Both the position numbers and the translations under genes were made by a program. From positions 13,124-77,123 of the forward strand of contig CANAUI010000002.1 of NCBI GenBank assembly GCA_947364715.1: a stretch of DNA of 64,000 nt, given 5' to 3'. Shown piece after piece: positions 1-14,300 of the stretch. This DNA is from an uncultured Clostridium sp. (lineage in GTDB: Bacteria; Bacillota; Clostridia; TANB77; CAG-508). Under the pieces are notes generated by a model that worked only from the letters and a program-made list of their open reading frames with translations, did not search any database and was not told where the DNA came from. Numbering within the stretch: position 1 is the first letter of the stretch; every line of letters starts with the position of its first letter.

Positions 1-370
1 CTAAAAATAAAGAAATAAAAAAGGTGATTAGAATAAAGGAAAATAATTTTAAATAATTTAATATTTTACTAGAGCCAGTTGAAAGATAGAGATTTTTTGA
101 CAGCTCTTTTATTGCCGTTTATTACAGAAACATAATTAATTCTACTATAATTTTTCAAAATCAAAATATATATTTTTAAATTTTAATCAAGTTAATAATT
201 AAAAGAAGAGGAATTAAATATAAGTTTCCCTAAGAAAATTTAAAAATTGTAAAAGCAGACAATTTTTAAACTTAGTAAAGAAATTTATAATTTAAGAAGG
301 ACTTTTTTTAACTAATAAATTAAATCAGCCATCAAGTTGATGCTTATTTCTGCTTAATATTTTATATGAG

Positions 371-3300
371 GTGATTTTTTTGGAATTAAAAGAAGTGAAA
401 TACGAGAAAGCTTCTCGTAAAGATTTCGCGAAAGTTGGCGATTATATTGAAATGCCAAATCTAATTAAAGTGCAAAGGGATTCTTATGATTGGTTTGTAG
501 AAGAGGGATTAGGTGAAGTATTAAAAGATATCTCTCCAATCGAAGACTACTCAGGAAATCTAGTACTTGAATTTTTTGATTACTATATGGAAGAAAAAAC
601 AAAATATACAGTAGAAGAAGCTAAAGAAAGAGATGCTACATATTCTTCAAGACTACATGTAAAAGTAAGATTAATTAACCGTGAAACAGGTGAAATTAAA
701 GAACAAGAAATTTATTTAGGAGATTTTCCATTAATGACAGATAGTGGTACATTTGTTATTAATGGAGCAGAAAGAGTTGTTGTCAGTCAGTTAGTTCGTT
801 CACCAGGTTGTTATTATGCAGAAGAATTTGATACAAAAACAGGAAAAAGAACATATACATCAACTGTTATGCCACTTCGTGGAGCATGGTTAGAATATGA
901 AACAGATGGAAATGATATTTTTTGGGTTCGTGTAGATAGAACAAGAAAAGTACCAGTAACAACTTTATTAAGAGCTATTGGTCTAGCAACAGATGCACAA
1001 ATGTTAGAACTATTTGGTGATGAAGAATTAATTAAAGCAACACTTAATAAAGACACAATAAAAGACCAAGATGAAGCATTAATTGAAATTTATAAAAAAT
1101 TAAGACCAGGAGAACTTCCAACAGCTGATGCGGCAAGAAATTTATTTAATGGATTATTTTATGACAATAGAAGATATGATTTAGCAAAAGTAGGAAGATA
1201 TAAATTTAATCAAAAATTATCAATAGCAGAAAGAATAAAAGGAAGAGTATCTGCAACAGATATCGTAGATAATGAAACTGGAGAAGTATTTATACAAGCA
1301 GGAGAAATTATAACAGAAGAAATTGCAGAAAACATTCAAAATGCAGGAATTAACATGGTAGATGTTACTATTGGAGAAAGAACAATTAGAATTATAGGAA
1401 ATGCTACATGTAATATCCACAAAGTATTACCAAATGTTGATTTAAGCAAATTACATTTCAAAGAATTAGTAAATTATGATGTATTAAAAAATATTATAGA
1501 TAACACAGATGAAAAAGAATTAGTAAAAATTATAGAAGAAAGACAAAATGAATTAGTACCAAAACACATTACAACAGAAGATATGATTGCATCTATTAAT
1601 TATTTACTAAATCTATATCATGGATTAGGTGAGCCAGACGATATTGACCATTTAGCAAACCGTAGAATTCGTTGTGTTGGAGAACTATTACAAAATCAAT
1701 TCAGAATTGGTTTAACAAGATTAGAAAGAGTTGTTCGTGAAAGAATGACAATTCAAGATTTAGATGTAGTAACACCACAAACATTAATTAATACAAAACC
1801 AATTACATCAGCAATCAGAGAATTTTTTGGAAGTTCACAATTATCACAATTCATGGACCAAACAAATCCACTTTCAGAATTAACACATAAAAGAAGAATT
1901 TCTGCATTAGGACCTGGAGGATTAACAAGAGATAGAGCAGGATTCGAAGTTCGTGATATTCACTACACACATTATGGAAGATTATGTCCAATTGAATCAC
2001 CAGAAGGACCAAACATTGGATTAATTTCAGCATTATCATCATTTGCACAAATTAATGAATATGGATTTATTGAAACACCATATAGAAAAGTAAATCCTGA
2101 AACACATAAATTAACAGATACTGTAGAATATATGAGTGCAGATGTAGAAGATAATTACATTATTGCTCAAAGCTCAGAGCCAATTAATAAAGATGGAAGT
2201 TTTGCAAATGCAAGAATTAGAGTTAGATATAGAAATGAAGTTATAGAAGTAGATAGAGAAAAAGTACAATATGTAGATGTTTCACCAAAACAATTAGTTT
2301 CTATTGCAGCAGCTATGATACCATTTTTGGAACATGATGATGCAAAAAGAGCATTAATGGGTGCTAACATGCAACGTCAAGCTGTTCCACTTATGATGAC
2401 AGAAAGTCCAATTGTTGGAACAGGTATTGAATATAGAGCAGCAAAAGATTCAGGAATTTTAGTATTAGCAGAAGAAGATGGTGTTATTGAAAAAGTAACA
2501 GGAGATGCTATTACTGTTAAATATAATAATGGAAAAACAATTGTACATAAATTACGTAAATTTAAAAGAACAAATGGTGGTACATGTATTAACCAAAAAC
2601 CAATTGTAAAAGTTGGAGAAAATGTAAAAAAAGGAGATGCCATTGCAGATGGACCATCAACAAAAAATGGAGAAATGGCATTAGGTAAAAATGTATTAGT
2701 TGCTTTCTCAACATGGGAAGGATACAACTATGAGGATGCTATCCTTTTAAATGAAAGATTAGTAAAAGAAGATGTATTTACATCTATTCATATAGAAGAA
2801 TATGATTGTGAATGTAGAGATACAAAACTAGGTGCAGAAGAAATTACAAGAGATATTCCAAACATTGGTGATGATTCATTAAAAGACTTAGATGAAAATG
2901 GAATTATTCGTATTGGTGCAGAAGTAAGACCAGGAGATATTTTAGTTGGAAAAGTAACACCAAAAGGAGAAACAGAATTAACAGCTGAAGAAAGATTATT
3001 AAGAGCTATTTTTGGTGAAAAAGCAAGAGAAGTAAGAGATACATCATTAAGAGTACCACATGGAGAAGCAGGAACTATTGTAGATGTTAAAATCTTTACT
3101 AGAGATAATTCAGATGAACTAGGACCTGGTGTTAACCAAATTATTAGATGTTATATTGCAACAAAAAGAAAAATATCAGTAGGAGATAAAATGGCAGGAC
3201 GTCATGGTAACAAAGGTGTTATTTCAAGAGTATTACCAGAAGAAGATATGCCATTTATGCCAGATGGTACACCAATAGATATATTATTAAACCCACTTGG

Positions 3301-4147
3301 AGTTCCATCTCGTATGAACTTGGGTCAAGTACTAGAAGTTCACTTAGGAGGAGCAGCAAAAGCATTAGGATGGCAAGTATCTACACCAGTATTTGATGGT
3401 GCAACACAAGAAGATGTTGAAAAATTATTAGCAGAAGCTGGAATGAATAAAGATGGTAAAACAACATTATATGATGGTAGAACAGGAGAACAATTTGCAA
3501 CACCAATTACAGTAGGTGTTATGTATATGTTAAAACTACATCACTTAGTAGATGATAAAATACATGCTCGTTCAACAGGACCATACTCATTAGTAACACA
3601 ACAACCTTTAGGAGGAAAAGCACAATTTGGTGGACAACGTTTTGGAGAAATGGAGGTTTGGGCATTAGAGGCTTATGGTGCTTCATATACATTACAAGAA
3701 ATGTTAACTGTAAAATCTGACGATGTTGTTGGAAGAGTAAAAACATATGAAGCAATTGTTAAAGGAGAAAATGTTCCAGAGCCAGGTGTTCCAGAAAGCT
3801 TTAAAGTATTAGTTAAAGAGCTTCAATCTTTAGGATTAGATGTTAGATTATATTCTGAAGATAACCAAGAATTAGAATTAAAGGAAAATATAGAAGACGG
3901 AATTGAATATGACCCAGAAAAAGAAAAGAAATATTTAGCAGAAGATGAAGTTGTGGCAGATGGTGATTTAGAAGATGGATACACAGAAGAAAGTACAGAG
4001 GATGATATTTTATTAGATGATGATAATGATATGTTAGATGATGGAAATGATGAACTTTTTGAAGGTTTAGATGATGAAGATGATGAAATGTTCTTTGGTA
4101 GTGATTTGGCAGGGGATAATCTTGATAATGATAATGACATTATCTAA
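371..4147 (+). CDS. rpoB: DNA-directed RNA polymerase beta subunit with an extended acidic C-terminal tail
   Basis: 1258-aa ORF with classic RpoB blocks ([42 protein letters not shown]). rpoC follows immediately. The track start is non-ATG (GTG), so the exact start is uncertain. Confidence 0.97.
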   Translation: MIFLELKEVKYEKASRKDFAKVGDYIEMPNLIKVQRDSYDWFVEEGLGEVLKDISPIEDYSGNLVLEFFDYYMEEKTKYTVEEAKERDATYSSRLHVKVRLINRETGEIKEQEIYLGDFPLMTDSGTFVINGAERVVVSQLVRSPGCYYAEEFDTKTGKRTYTSTVMPLRGAWLEYETDGNDIFWVRVDRTRKVPVTTLLRAIGLATDAQMLELFGDEELIKATLNKDTIKDQDEALIEIYKKLRPGELPTADAARNLFNGLFYDNRRYDLAKVGRYKFNQKLSIAERIKGRVSATDIVDNETGEVFIQAGEIITEEIAENIQNAGINMVDVTIGERTIRIIGNATCNIHKVLPNVDLSKLHFKELVNYDVLKNIIDNTDEKELVKIIEERQNELVPKHITTEDMIASINYLLNLYHGLGEPDDIDHLANRRIRCVGELLQNQFRIGLTRLERVVRERMTIQDLDVVTPQTLINTKPITSAIREFFGSSQLSQFMDQTNPLSELTHKRRISALGPGGLTRDRAGFEVRDIHYTHYGRLCPIESPEGPNIGLISALSSFAQINEYGFIETPYRKVNPETHKLTDTVEYMSADVEDNYIIAQSSEPINKDGSFANARIRVRYRNEVIEVDREKVQYVDVSPKQLVSIAAAMIPFLEHDDAKRALMGANMQRQAVPLMMTESPIVGTGIEYRAAKDSGILVLAEEDGVIEKVTGDAITVKYNNGKTIVHKLRKFKRTNGGTCINQKPIVKVGENVKKGDAIADGPSTKNGEMALGKNVLVAFSTWEGYNYEDAILLNERLVKEDVFTSIHIEEYDCECRDTKLGAEEITRDIPNIGDDSLKDLDENGIIRIGAEVRPGDILVGKVTPKGETELTAEERLLRAIFGEKAREVRDTSLRVPHGEAGTIVDVKIFTRDNSDELGPGVNQIIRCYIATKRKISVGDKMAGRHGNKGVISRVLPEEDMPFMPDGTPIDILLNPLGVPSRMNLGQVLEVHLGGAAKALGWQVSTPVFDGATQEDVEKLLAEAGMNKDGKTTLYDGRTGEQFATPITVGVMYMLKLHHLVDDKIHARSTGPYSLVTQQPLGGKAQFGGQRFGEMEVWALEAYGASYTLQEMLTVKSDDVVGRVKTYEAIVKGENVPEPGVPESFKVLVKELQSLGLDVRLYSEDNQELELKENIEDGIEYDPEKEKKYLAEDEVVADGDLEDGYTEESTEDDILLDDDNDMLDDGNDELFEGLDDEDDEMFFGSDLAGDNLDNDNDII

Positions 4148-4296
4148 AAGGAATATTAGTAAAAATTAGAAAAATAAAATTAATTAAATAAATTCTAAAA
4201 AGGAAAGAGGCGACAAGAAAAATTGCACCAACAGAGGTTAGACCTCTAAACCTGTTTTAGAATTACCCAAAACAAATTTATTTAGGGGGAAATAAA

Positions 4297-7200
4297 GTGG
4301 ACGAATTAGATATTTTTAATAAATTAAAAATAGGAATTGCATCAGATGAAAAAGTTAGAGAATGGTCAAAAGGAGAAGTGAAAAAACCTGAGACAATTAA
4401 TTATAGAACATTAAAACCAGAAAAAGACGGATTATTCTGTGAAAGAATATTTGGTCCAACAAAAGACTGGGAATGTCATTGTGGTAAATATAAAAGAGTA
4501 AGATATAAAGGAATTGTATGTGATAGATGTGGTGTTGAAGTAACTAAATCAAAAGTTAGAAGAGAAAGAATGGGACATATTGAATTAGCAGCATCAGTAG
4601 CACATATATGGTATTTTAAAGGTATACCAAGTAGAATTGCTTTAATGCTTGATATTTCACCAAGAAACCTAGAAAAAATTATTTATTTTGCTTCTTATGT
4701 TGTAATAGATAAAGGAACAACAAACTTAGAAAAATGCCAAGTGCTAAATGAAAAAGAATATCATGAAGCAGAAGAAAAATACGGAAGAGGTTCTTTTAAA
4801 GCAAAAATGGGAGCAGAAGCTTTAAGAGAGCTATTAGAAGAAATTGATATAGAAAAATTAGCTATTCAAATTAGAAAAGAATTAGAAAATGCTAGTGAAC
4901 AAAAAAGAGTAAAACTAGTAAAAAGATTAGATACAGTAGAAGCTTTTAGAATTTCAGGAAATAGACCTGAATGGATGGTTATGAATGTTATTCCAGTTAT
5001 TCCACCAGATTTAAGACCAATGGTACAATTAGATGGTGGTAGATTTGCAACATCAGACTTAAATGACTTATATAGAAGAGTTATTAATAGAAATAACAGA
5101 TTAAAAAGATTGTTAGAATTAGGAGCACCAGAAATCATTGTTAGAAATGAAAAAAGAATGTTACAAGAATCTGTAGATGCCTTAATTGACAATGGAAGAA
5201 GAGGTAGACCAGTAACAGGTGCAGGAAATAGACCATTAAAATCTTTATCAGACCTATTAAAAGGTAAACAAGGTCGTTTCCGTCAAAACTTACTTGGAAA
5301 GCGTGTTGACTACTCAGGACGTTCTGTTATCGTTGTAGGTCCAGAACTTAAAATTTATCAATGTGGTCTTCCAAAAGAGATGGCTGTAGAATTATTCAAA
5401 CCATTTGTTATGAGAGAATTAGTAGGAAGAGGAATTGCACAAAATATCAAAAATGCAAAAAGAATGGTAGAAAGATTAAGACCAGAAGTTTGGGAAATAT
5501 TAGAAGAAGTTATTAAAGACCATCCGGTTATGTTAAACCGTGCTCCTACTTTACATAGATTAGGTATTCAAAGTTTTGAACCAGTATTAGTAGAAGGTAG
5601 AGCAATTAAACTTCACCCATTAGTTTGTGAAGCATTTAATGCTGACTTTGACGGTGACCAAATGGCTGTGCATTTACCATTATCACCAGAAGCACAAGCA
5701 GAATCTAGATATTTAATGCTTTCAACAAATAACTTATTAAAACCACAAGATGGTAAACCAGTAGCTGTACCAAGACTAGACATGATTTTAGGAAGTTATT
5801 ATCTAACAATGGTATTAGATGGAGAAAAAGGTGAGGGAACATATTATAAAGACCCAGAAGAAGCTTTAATGGCCTTTGAAAATCATGAAGTAGGAATTCA
5901 TGCAAAAATATTTGTTAGAATTTCTAAAGAAATTGATGGAGAAATAAAAACAAAAAAAGTAGAGACAAGTGTTGGAAGAATTATCTTTAATCAAGGAATT
6001 CCACAAGATTTAGGATTTATTGATAGAAAAGAAGACCCATTCCAATATGAAATTAGTTTCCCTGTTATGAAAAAATCAATGGGAAATATTATAGAAAAAG
6101 TTATAAGAACACATGGATTAACAGAATCAGCAGAAGTAATTGACTATATAAAAGCATTAGGATTCAAATATTCAACTTTAGCAGGTATTACTTTCTCAAT
6201 GAGTGATGTACAAGTACCTGGAACTAAAAAAGGATTATTAAAAAATGCAGACAGTAAAATTGAAAATATTAGAAAACAATATGCAAGAGGTTTAATTACA
6301 AATGATGAACGTTATTCAGAAGTTATCAAAGTATGGGAAGAAACAACAAATAAAGTAAGTGATGCCATGGAAGAAAACTTTGATGAATTAAACCCAATAT
6401 ATATGATGGTTAAATCTGGGGCCAGAGGAAATATGAGTCAGTTAAGACAAATTGCTGGTATGCGTGGATTAATGGCTAGTACAACAGGTAAAGCAGTTGA
6501 AATACCAATCAAATCATCATTTGCAGAAGGACTAGATGCTTTAGAGTACTTTATTTCTGCCCATGGTGCAAGAAAGGGACTTTCAGATACAGCTTTAAGA
6601 ACAGCAGACTCTGGATATTTAACAAGAAGATTAGTTGATGTAGCACAAGATATTATTGTAAGAGAACATGATTGTGGTACAGATGACGGAATTGTTATTT
6701 ATGATATTAAAGACGGTCAACAAATAATTGAAAAAATGCAAGAAAGATTATTAGGAAGATATGTTATAGAAGATGTATATAATCCAAAAACTAAAGAATT
6801 AATTGTTGATACAAATACTATGATTACAGAAAAAATTGCAGATGAAATTATATCAGCTGGAATTGAAAAATTAAAAGTACGTTCTGTTTTAGGATGTCGC
6901 TCACAACATGGTGTATGCCAAAAATGTTATGGTATGGGATTAGCAAGAAGAGATTTAGTATCAATTGGAGAAGCAGTTGGTATAATTGCAGCACAATCAA
7001 TTGGTGAGCCTGGTACACAGTTAACCATGAGAACTATTCACTCTGGTGGTGTTGCAGGTGTAGCAGATATTACACAAGGTCTTCCAAGGGTTGAAGAATT
7101 ATTTGAAGCTAGAAAACCAAAGGGACTTGCAATTATCTCAGAAATTGATGGAAAAGTAAAAATAAAAGAAACAAAGAAAAAGAAAGAAGTTATTGTTACA

Positions 7201-7821
7201 AGTAAAGATAATTCAAAAACTTATACTATTCCATTTGGTTCAAAAATGAAAGTAAAAGATGGAGATATGGTAGAAATAGGAGAGCCATTAATCGAAGGGT
7301 CAATTAATCCAGCAGAAATACTAACATTAAAAGGACCAGAAGGAGTATATGAATACTTGATTACAGAAGTGCAAAAAGTATACAGAAATCAAGGTGTTGA
7401 TATTAATGATAAACATATTGAAGTTATCGGAAGACAAATGCTTAAAAAGATTAGAGTTGAAGATAATGGTGATACAGATATGTTCCCAGGCTCATTAATA
7501 GATATGTATGAATTTGAAGATAAAAATAATAAAGTAATAGCAGAAGGAAAAACACCAGCAAAAGGAAAAAATGTATTACTTGGTATTACAAAAGCAGCAC
7601 TTGCAACAGATAGTTTCTTATCAGCAGCATCATTCCAAGAAACAACAAGAGTTCTTACAGATGCAGCAGTTAAAGGTAAAACAGATGACTTAATTGGATT
7701 AAAAGAAAATGTTATTATTGGTAAATTGATTCCAGCAGGAACAGGAATGCAAAAATATCAAAATATCCATATTAGTACAGAAAGAGAATTAGAACAAGTA
7801 GCTGATACAGAAAATATGTAA
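4297..7821 (+). CDS. rpoC: DNA-directed RNA polymerase beta-prime subunit
   Basis: 1174-aa ORF with the catalytic [12 protein letters not shown] motif and an N-terminal Zn-binding CHCGKY..CDRCG. The track start is a non-ATG codon preceded by a GGGGGA SD. Confidence 0.97.
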   Translation: MDELDIFNKLKIGIASDEKVREWSKGEVKKPETINYRTLKPEKDGLFCERIFGPTKDWECHCGKYKRVRYKGIVCDRCGVEVTKSKVRRERMGHIELAASVAHIWYFKGIPSRIALMLDISPRNLEKIIYFASYVVIDKGTTNLEKCQVLNEKEYHEAEEKYGRGSFKAKMGAEALRELLEEIDIEKLAIQIRKELENASEQKRVKLVKRLDTVEAFRISGNRPEWMVMNVIPVIPPDLRPMVQLDGGRFATSDLNDLYRRVINRNNRLKRLLELGAPEIIVRNEKRMLQESVDALIDNGRRGRPVTGAGNRPLKSLSDLLKGKQGRFRQNLLGKRVDYSGRSVIVVGPELKIYQCGLPKEMAVELFKPFVMRELVGRGIAQNIKNAKRMVERLRPEVWEILEEVIKDHPVMLNRAPTLHRLGIQSFEPVLVEGRAIKLHPLVCEAFNADFDGDQMAVHLPLSPEAQAESRYLMLSTNNLLKPQDGKPVAVPRLDMILGSYYLTMVLDGEKGEGTYYKDPEEALMAFENHEVGIHAKIFVRISKEIDGEIKTKKVETSVGRIIFNQGIPQDLGFIDRKEDPFQYEISFPVMKKSMGNIIEKVIRTHGLTESAEVIDYIKALGFKYSTLAGITFSMSDVQVPGTKKGLLKNADSKIENIRKQYARGLITNDERYSEVIKVWEETTNKVSDAMEENFDELNPIYMMVKSGARGNMSQLRQIAGMRGLMASTTGKAVEIPIKSSFAEGLDALEYFISAHGARKGLSDTALRTADSGYLTRRLVDVAQDIIVREHDCGTDDGIVIYDIKDGQQIIEKMQERLLGRYVIEDVYNPKTKELIVDTNTMITEKIADEIISAGIEKLKVRSVLGCRSQHGVCQKCYGMGLARRDLVSIGEAVGIIAAQSIGEPGTQLTMRTIHSGGVAGVADITQGLPRVEELFEARKPKGLAIISEIDGKVKIKETKKKKEVIVTSKDNSKTYTIPFGSKMKVKDGDMVEIGEPLIEGSINPAEILTLKGPEGVYEYLITEVQKVYRNQGVDINDKHIEVIGRQMLKKIRVEDNGDTDMFPGSLIDMYEFEDKNNKVIAEGKTPAKGKNVLLGITKAALATDSFLSAASFQETTRVLTDAAVKGKTDDLIGLKENVIIGKLIPAGTGMQKYQNIHISTERELEQVADTENM

Positions 7822-7840
7822 TAATAAAAAATATAAAAAA

Positions 7841-7884
7841 GGCATGTATTAACCAAATTTAAAAATTGGTGCATGTCTTTTTTG
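7841..7884 (+). terminator. Probable rho-independent terminator after rpoC
   Basis: Imperfect hairpin (ggcatg..accaaattt / aaaaattggt..catgtc) followed by a T6 run. Confidence 0.45.
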
Positions 7885-8127
7885 TATTATATGAAACTAT
7901 ACCATAAAAGCTTTATGTCCGTAAGGCTTTTTATAATTGCTGAAAAAATAGTAACAAAAGTGTAATACAAATTTAATATATATTAATATTTTGCTGTAGT
8001 TAGAATTCCCTATGTATTGCTAAAAACTTAAAAAATATAAAGAATTGTATTTTAGAAAATTCTATATTAAAATAAATATAATATATATGAGTTAAATAAA
8101 TAAAATTATGTAATATAGCAAATTAAC

Positions 8128-8329
8128 GTTACAGTTCACAGTCAATAGATATTACTTTTTTCATTATCTCCTCGGCTTGTTACATAGATTATAAATTCTA
8201 AGATTTAAATAACCGAGCCTCTCGTTATTACGCTTCCTCAGTTATTTAAATCTAAGAATTTATACATCTATTCCACGGCACATTCGTCGTTAATTCAAAA
8301 AGTAATATCTATTGGTTGTGAACTGTAAC
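8128..8329. repeat. 202-bp nested inverted repeat (MITE-like element or possible invertible/structured leader) directly upstream of the giant ORF
   Basis: Outer arms are gttacagttcacagtcaatagatattacttttt (8128-8160) and aaaaagtaatatctattggttgtgaactgtaac (8297-8329), 31/33 complementary. Inner arms are 8191-8217 and 8237-8263. A half copy lies at 28423-28492. Confidence 0.6.
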
Positions 8330-8366
8330 AAATTAATAACATTTTAAGAAGATAAGGAGTGTCATT

Positions 8367-11300
8367 ATGCAAAAGAAAAGATTAAAAAGTGAAAAAGGAG
8401 CAATAACTTTATTTGTTTTATTATCAATACTATTTTTTCTAATAGTAGTTTTTAGCGTTTTTATAAATAGTAATAATAAAAGACAATCTCAAACTGCAGA
8501 AATTGATAAAATAAAAAGTGAATATGAAAAAGAAATAGATATTATAGACGATATATATGATGAAGTAGTATCTGAAGAATTAATACAAATAGATTTTGAT
8601 AAAAATGGTGATACATATAATATTGCAAAAGATGGAACAGTTGATATTTCCTCAAATATAATTATTACATATGAAAATGGTATGACAATGCGTTCTAGAG
8701 AATATGGATGGAGTAATAGTAATGAACAAGAGCCATCTGTTTGGACAAGTTTTGCAACTGATACTATAAATGTAAAAAATGAAGATGTAGGACAAGGTTC
8801 ATATTATCTATGGGTAAGAGTAGAAAATATTAAAGATATAACAAATACATTAGTATCAAATGTATTCCAAGTAAATGAAAATGAAATTGGATTAAGTAAA
8901 AGTAATGATGAATATACTACAAGCAGTGTTAATGTAATAATAGATTATAAAGATACTTATGTAAGTGATAAAAAAGTAGGAATTGGAAGAACACTAGATG
9001 AAGCTACAAAAAATAGTGTAGCAAATGAGAATACAACAATAGAAGTAACAGAAAATAGTTTTGTATATGTAACAGCAAAAGACGCTTATGGTAACATTTC
9101 GTCAAACTATATAGAAATCAATAATATAGATACACAACCACCAGTTATTACAGTAACACCAAATGGAAAAGAATATATTGTAAAAAATGGTGAAACAACA
9201 CAAATTGACGTAAAAGTAAGTGTTGAAGATAAAATAAGTGGTGTAAAAGAAGTAAAATATTATTGGTCAACAAGTAATACAGAAAAACCAACAGAAGACA
9301 AATATATAGTAACTGCTAATAATTCAACTGTATCTAGTAGCAAAGTAGGTCATGGAACTTATTATTTATGGGTAAAAGCAACAGACAATGTAGGAAATGT
9401 AAGAGAAGAACCAAGTTATGCTTATATAGTAAAACCACCATTAGCACCAAATATAGCTCTAAAACACAATGATGAAAATGGAAAAGAATATATAAGTGGA
9501 ACATGGACAAACCAAGATGTATATCATGAAATTTCATTACCAACAACAGAAGGAACAGTAGAAAAATATCAATATTCAAATGATGGTATTACTTGGAAAG
9601 ATATAAATGGAGAATTAAAACAAGGAAAATTAGATTATACAACAAACTTCCCAATAGTAAGTGAAAATAGACCAAATTGGTTAGGAGAAGTAACTGCAAA
9701 TGGAACATATTATTTTGATATAAATGAAACAAATGGAACACTAACATCTGCTGGAACACATGGAAATAAAGGCAAAAATAGCACAACAGCTAATAGCTAT
9801 ATTCCAATTGACTTAAGGGAATATACAGAAGAAGATAAATTAACAATAACTCTAAATTATACAATTTCAAGTGAAGGTGTTAGTTATGATATAGGGTATG
9901 CAACAATAACACAAACAACAACTGCTCCTGCATACAATTCAAGTACAAATCAATTTATAAAAGTAGGAGGAAGTCTAACAACATCTGAAAAATCAATAAC
10001 CATATCAGGAGGTAAATTATATTACTTACATTTAGGATACAGAAAAGATAGTAGTACTAGTTCAGGAAATGATAGTTTTGTTATAAACAATATTAAATTA
10101 ACATCGGAAACTTTAGGAAAAAATGTGAGTTTTTATAACTATAATAAAAATGAAAACATAATAACATATATTGTACAAGATGAAATAAATTCAAATTTCT
10201 ATATAAAAGCTAATTATGAAGATAAAACAGAAAGCGGAATATCTGAATTTAAAATACAAATTGATAAAACAGCACCAATCATAGGTACAATAACACCAGA
10301 ATTAATATCTGAAACAAAGATAAAATTAACTATATCAAACATAATAGAAAATGCATCAGGATTGAAAGGATATTATATCTCAACAGAAGAAACTGCACCA
10401 ACTATTGAAAGTAATTGGACAGATGTGACAGAAGACACATTTGAAATAAATAATTTAAATACAGGAACAAAATATTATATATGGTTAATAGATAATGCAA
10501 ATAATATATCAGAAGTTAAATCAATAGATGAAATTAATATAAATTATAGAATAGATAATTCGAAATATGCAGAAACATTAGAACAAGCATTAAGTTTAGC
10601 AAATAATAATTCTACAATTGAACTATTAAATGACTATACAGATGAATCAACAGTAAATATAAATAAAAATATAATTTTAAATACACAAGATTATACATTA
10701 ACAAGAACAAAAACAATAACAATTGCTAGTGGAACTGAAGCAAAACCAATAATATTTGAATTAAATGGAAATATAACAAGTTCATCTAATATAAATACAT
10801 TAACAATAAATAATTATGCAACAATACAAGGGACAGGAATAATTGAGAGTACAAGTACTAGTTCAAGCTATAGAGCTATATATAACACAGGAGTATTAAC
10901 ACAAAATGGAGATTTAACTATTAGTGGATATTATAGAGGTATATATAATACAAATATTTTTACATTAAATTCAGGAAAAGTAGAAAGTACATATAATAAT
11001 AATTCAGCTTATGCTATATATAACTATTCATCAGGAGATATTGTTAATATAAATGGAGGAGAAGTTAGTGGATATTATGGATTATATAACAATAGTTCAG
11101 CTACTGCTAATATAAAAGGAGGAAAAATAACAGGAACAGGAGCATATGGAATATATCATTCTTCTGGAAAACTAACCATAAATGATGGAACAATAATTGG
11201 AAATACATATGGAGTATCTATATCTTCATCAGGAACCATAAATATGGATGGTGGATATATTACAGGAACAAATGGAATATATATATCAAATTCATCTGCT

Positions 11301-14300
11301 ACTGTAAATATATATGGAGGTACAATTGTTGGAAGCACATATGGAATATATGGATATACCACTGGAAATAAAAAGATAACAATAGGAAATTTAAATGTAG
11401 AAGTAAACGACATTTCACCAGTTGTATCTGGAGGACAATATGGAATTTATATGAGAAATAATAATACATATAATTTCTATAATGGAGTTATTATGGGAAC
11501 AAATGCAAAACCATATACAAGTACAGTAATTCCAAGACAAGGATATATGGTATATACATATTATGACTATGATAATGCAAGAAAATATTGTTCTACTCTA
11601 ACACCTACAGTACAAGAAATTACAATAGAACAAATACCATCAAATGATATATGGACAAACAAAGATGTAACTGTACAGATAAAATATCCAATATTAGAAG
11701 GAGCTACATTACAATATAGTGAAAATGGACAAGATTGGAAAGATGTTGATAATGGATATATAGCAACTGTTTTAGAAAACAAAAAAATATATGCTAGGAT
11801 GTTAGATGCATCAGGAATTATATTAGTAACTAAAGAACATGAAGTTAAAAATATAGATAAAATAGCACCAACAATAACAATAAATCCAGAAACAACTAAA
11901 TATCTTATATATAACATGGACCAAACAGAAGTAGATATAACAGTTACAGTAAATGTATCAGATGAAGGTGGAAGTCAAATAAAAACAAGCAAATATGGAT
12001 GGTCAAAAAGTATAGATGAAGAGCCTACACAATGGGAAGAATTACATGATGGACAAACTATAACTAAAGAAAATAATAAAGTAGGAGTATATTATTTATG
12101 GTTTGATGTATCAGATAATGCAGGAAATATAAGTGATGTAAATGTTATTAGATATATGGTGGAATTACAAGAAGCAGTAGTACAAATTGTAGAAACAGGA
12201 GAATATTATTACACAATACAAGATGCAATTGATGCTGTTGGAACAACATCTGCAACAATAAAAATTATAAAAGACACAGATGAAGTAAGTGTAATTGATG
12301 CAGGAAAAAATATAACAATTGACTTAAATGGATATACAATTGGAAGTTCAACAAATGAGCAACCAACAATTACAAATAATGGTACATTGACAATTATAGA
12401 TAATAGTGAAAACAAAACAGGAAAAATAGAAAACCTAGTAGGAACAGCTATTCAAAATGATGGGACATTAACAATAGGAGATAATACAAATCAAATAGAA
12501 GACAATACACCAACTATTACAGGTAAGAAAACAGGAATAAAAAATAATAATATATTAAATTATTATGATGGAACAATTATAGGAAAAATAGCAATAGATG
12601 GAAATGTACATGATACTATAGAAAGTTATGGACCAGTAGGAATATATAGAGAAGAAGATGGAATGACAGTTGTAAACTTAAGAGTTATATCAGATTATGT
12701 AGCAAGAATAGAATGGTTTTATTATTCAACATTACAAAGTGCATTTAATGATTGTATTGCTAAACCAAATAATACAGAACAAACTACAGTTAATATGTTG
12801 AAAGATATAGTTTTAGATAATACAGTAACTTCATATAATGGGCAAAATATACAATTAAATTTAAATGGATATATGCTTACAAATTCAAGAAATACAATTT
12901 TAGACAATTATGGAAGTCTAGAAATAACTGATTTAACACAAGAACAAAATGGGAATATAAATAGTTCCATTGCAGGAACAAGTAGTGATTCATATAGACT
13001 TATTACTAACATGGGAAATTTGAATATAGCTGGAGGTAAAATATTATCACAACAAAACTATAATAATCTTATATATAATCAAAATGGGGAATTTAAAATT
13101 ACAGGAGGAGAGATTAACAATAGTGTTACTGGTAGATATAATCATAATAATGAAGTAATACATAACACAGGTACAGGAATAATAAATGTTGTAGAGGGAA
13201 AGATATATACTACTAGTAGATATGTAATATATAATACAGGTAGAGGAAAAATAGATATAAATGGAGGAGAGATAAGTAATGATACTACTAATGGAAGTAT
13301 AGTTAATCATGGAATATATAATGAAGGCACAGGAACAATTAATATAAATGGAGGAGAGATAAGTACTAATAGTTTATATCATACTTATGGAATATATAAT
13401 AAAAGTACAGGAATAATTAATATAACAGGAGGAAAAATAAGTACTAGAACTAAATATAATGATAATTATGAAAATTATGGAATATATAGTGAAGGTACAG
13501 GAACAATAAATGTATCAGGAGGAGAGATAATTAGTGTTAGAGGTAAGAATATCTATGGGGTTAAAGCAAGTACAGGAATAGTTAATATATCAGGAGGAAA
13601 AATAAGCGTTGATGCCGAAGATGATTTTAATAATGGCAATTATGGAATATATAGTGAAGGTAAAGGGATAATCAATGTAGAAGGAGGTGAAATAATTAGT
13701 AGTGGTGAAAGAAACGTTTATGGAATACGTGGAGAAGGAACTATTAATATAAATAAAGGAAAGATAAGTGCCAGTGTTACTTATAGTTCTGGAAGTGGTG
13801 CAGGAGTATATAATGCAAAAACAGGAATACTTAATATGAATGGGGGAATTATAAGTATTAATGTTAGCACCGGTACTAGTTATGGAATATATAATGCAAA
13901 TACAGGAGTAATTAATATAAAATCAGGAGAAATAACTAATAATTCTAGTAGTAATATAGGTATTGGATATGGAGTTTATAATTCCCAAAATGGAAAAATA
14001 GTTTTAGGAAGAGAAGAAGATAATGAAATATCAAATTCTAATATAAAAATAACAACAATAAATGAACCAGAAAAGAATTATAAAAATATTGGTATTCGTA
14101 ATAATTCGGGGGAATTAGAAATATATGATGGAATCATAACAGGAAATATAGCATTATCAGGACATATAACAAAACAAAAAGATGGTTATACAATTAAAAA
14201 TACAATAACTGATGAAATTGAGACTATATACCTAGAAAAAATAGAAAATGAAAAAGATATTGTACAAGTGGAAAATATAAAATATAAAACATTAGAAGAA

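Noticed and set aside
3823-4147. Roughly 100-aa highly acidic C-terminal tail of RpoB (…[48 protein letters not shown]), considered as a possible delta-subunit-like fusion.
   Set aside because: B. subtilis RpoB, as I recall it, also ends in an acidic tail about half this length. This is therefore most likely a lineage-specific extension of a known feature rather than something new.
814-7821. Minus-strand ORFs inside rpoB and rpoC (814-1056, 1220-1420, 1851-2048, 2167-2370, 2377-2727, 3519-3755, 3823-4140, 4866-5192, 5705-5905).
   Set aside because: They lie entirely antisense to unmistakable RNA polymerase genes. Their translations are low-complexity (Ser/Leu/Phe-rich) with no SD or motif. 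Such ORFs are expected by chance opposite purine-rich coding strands.
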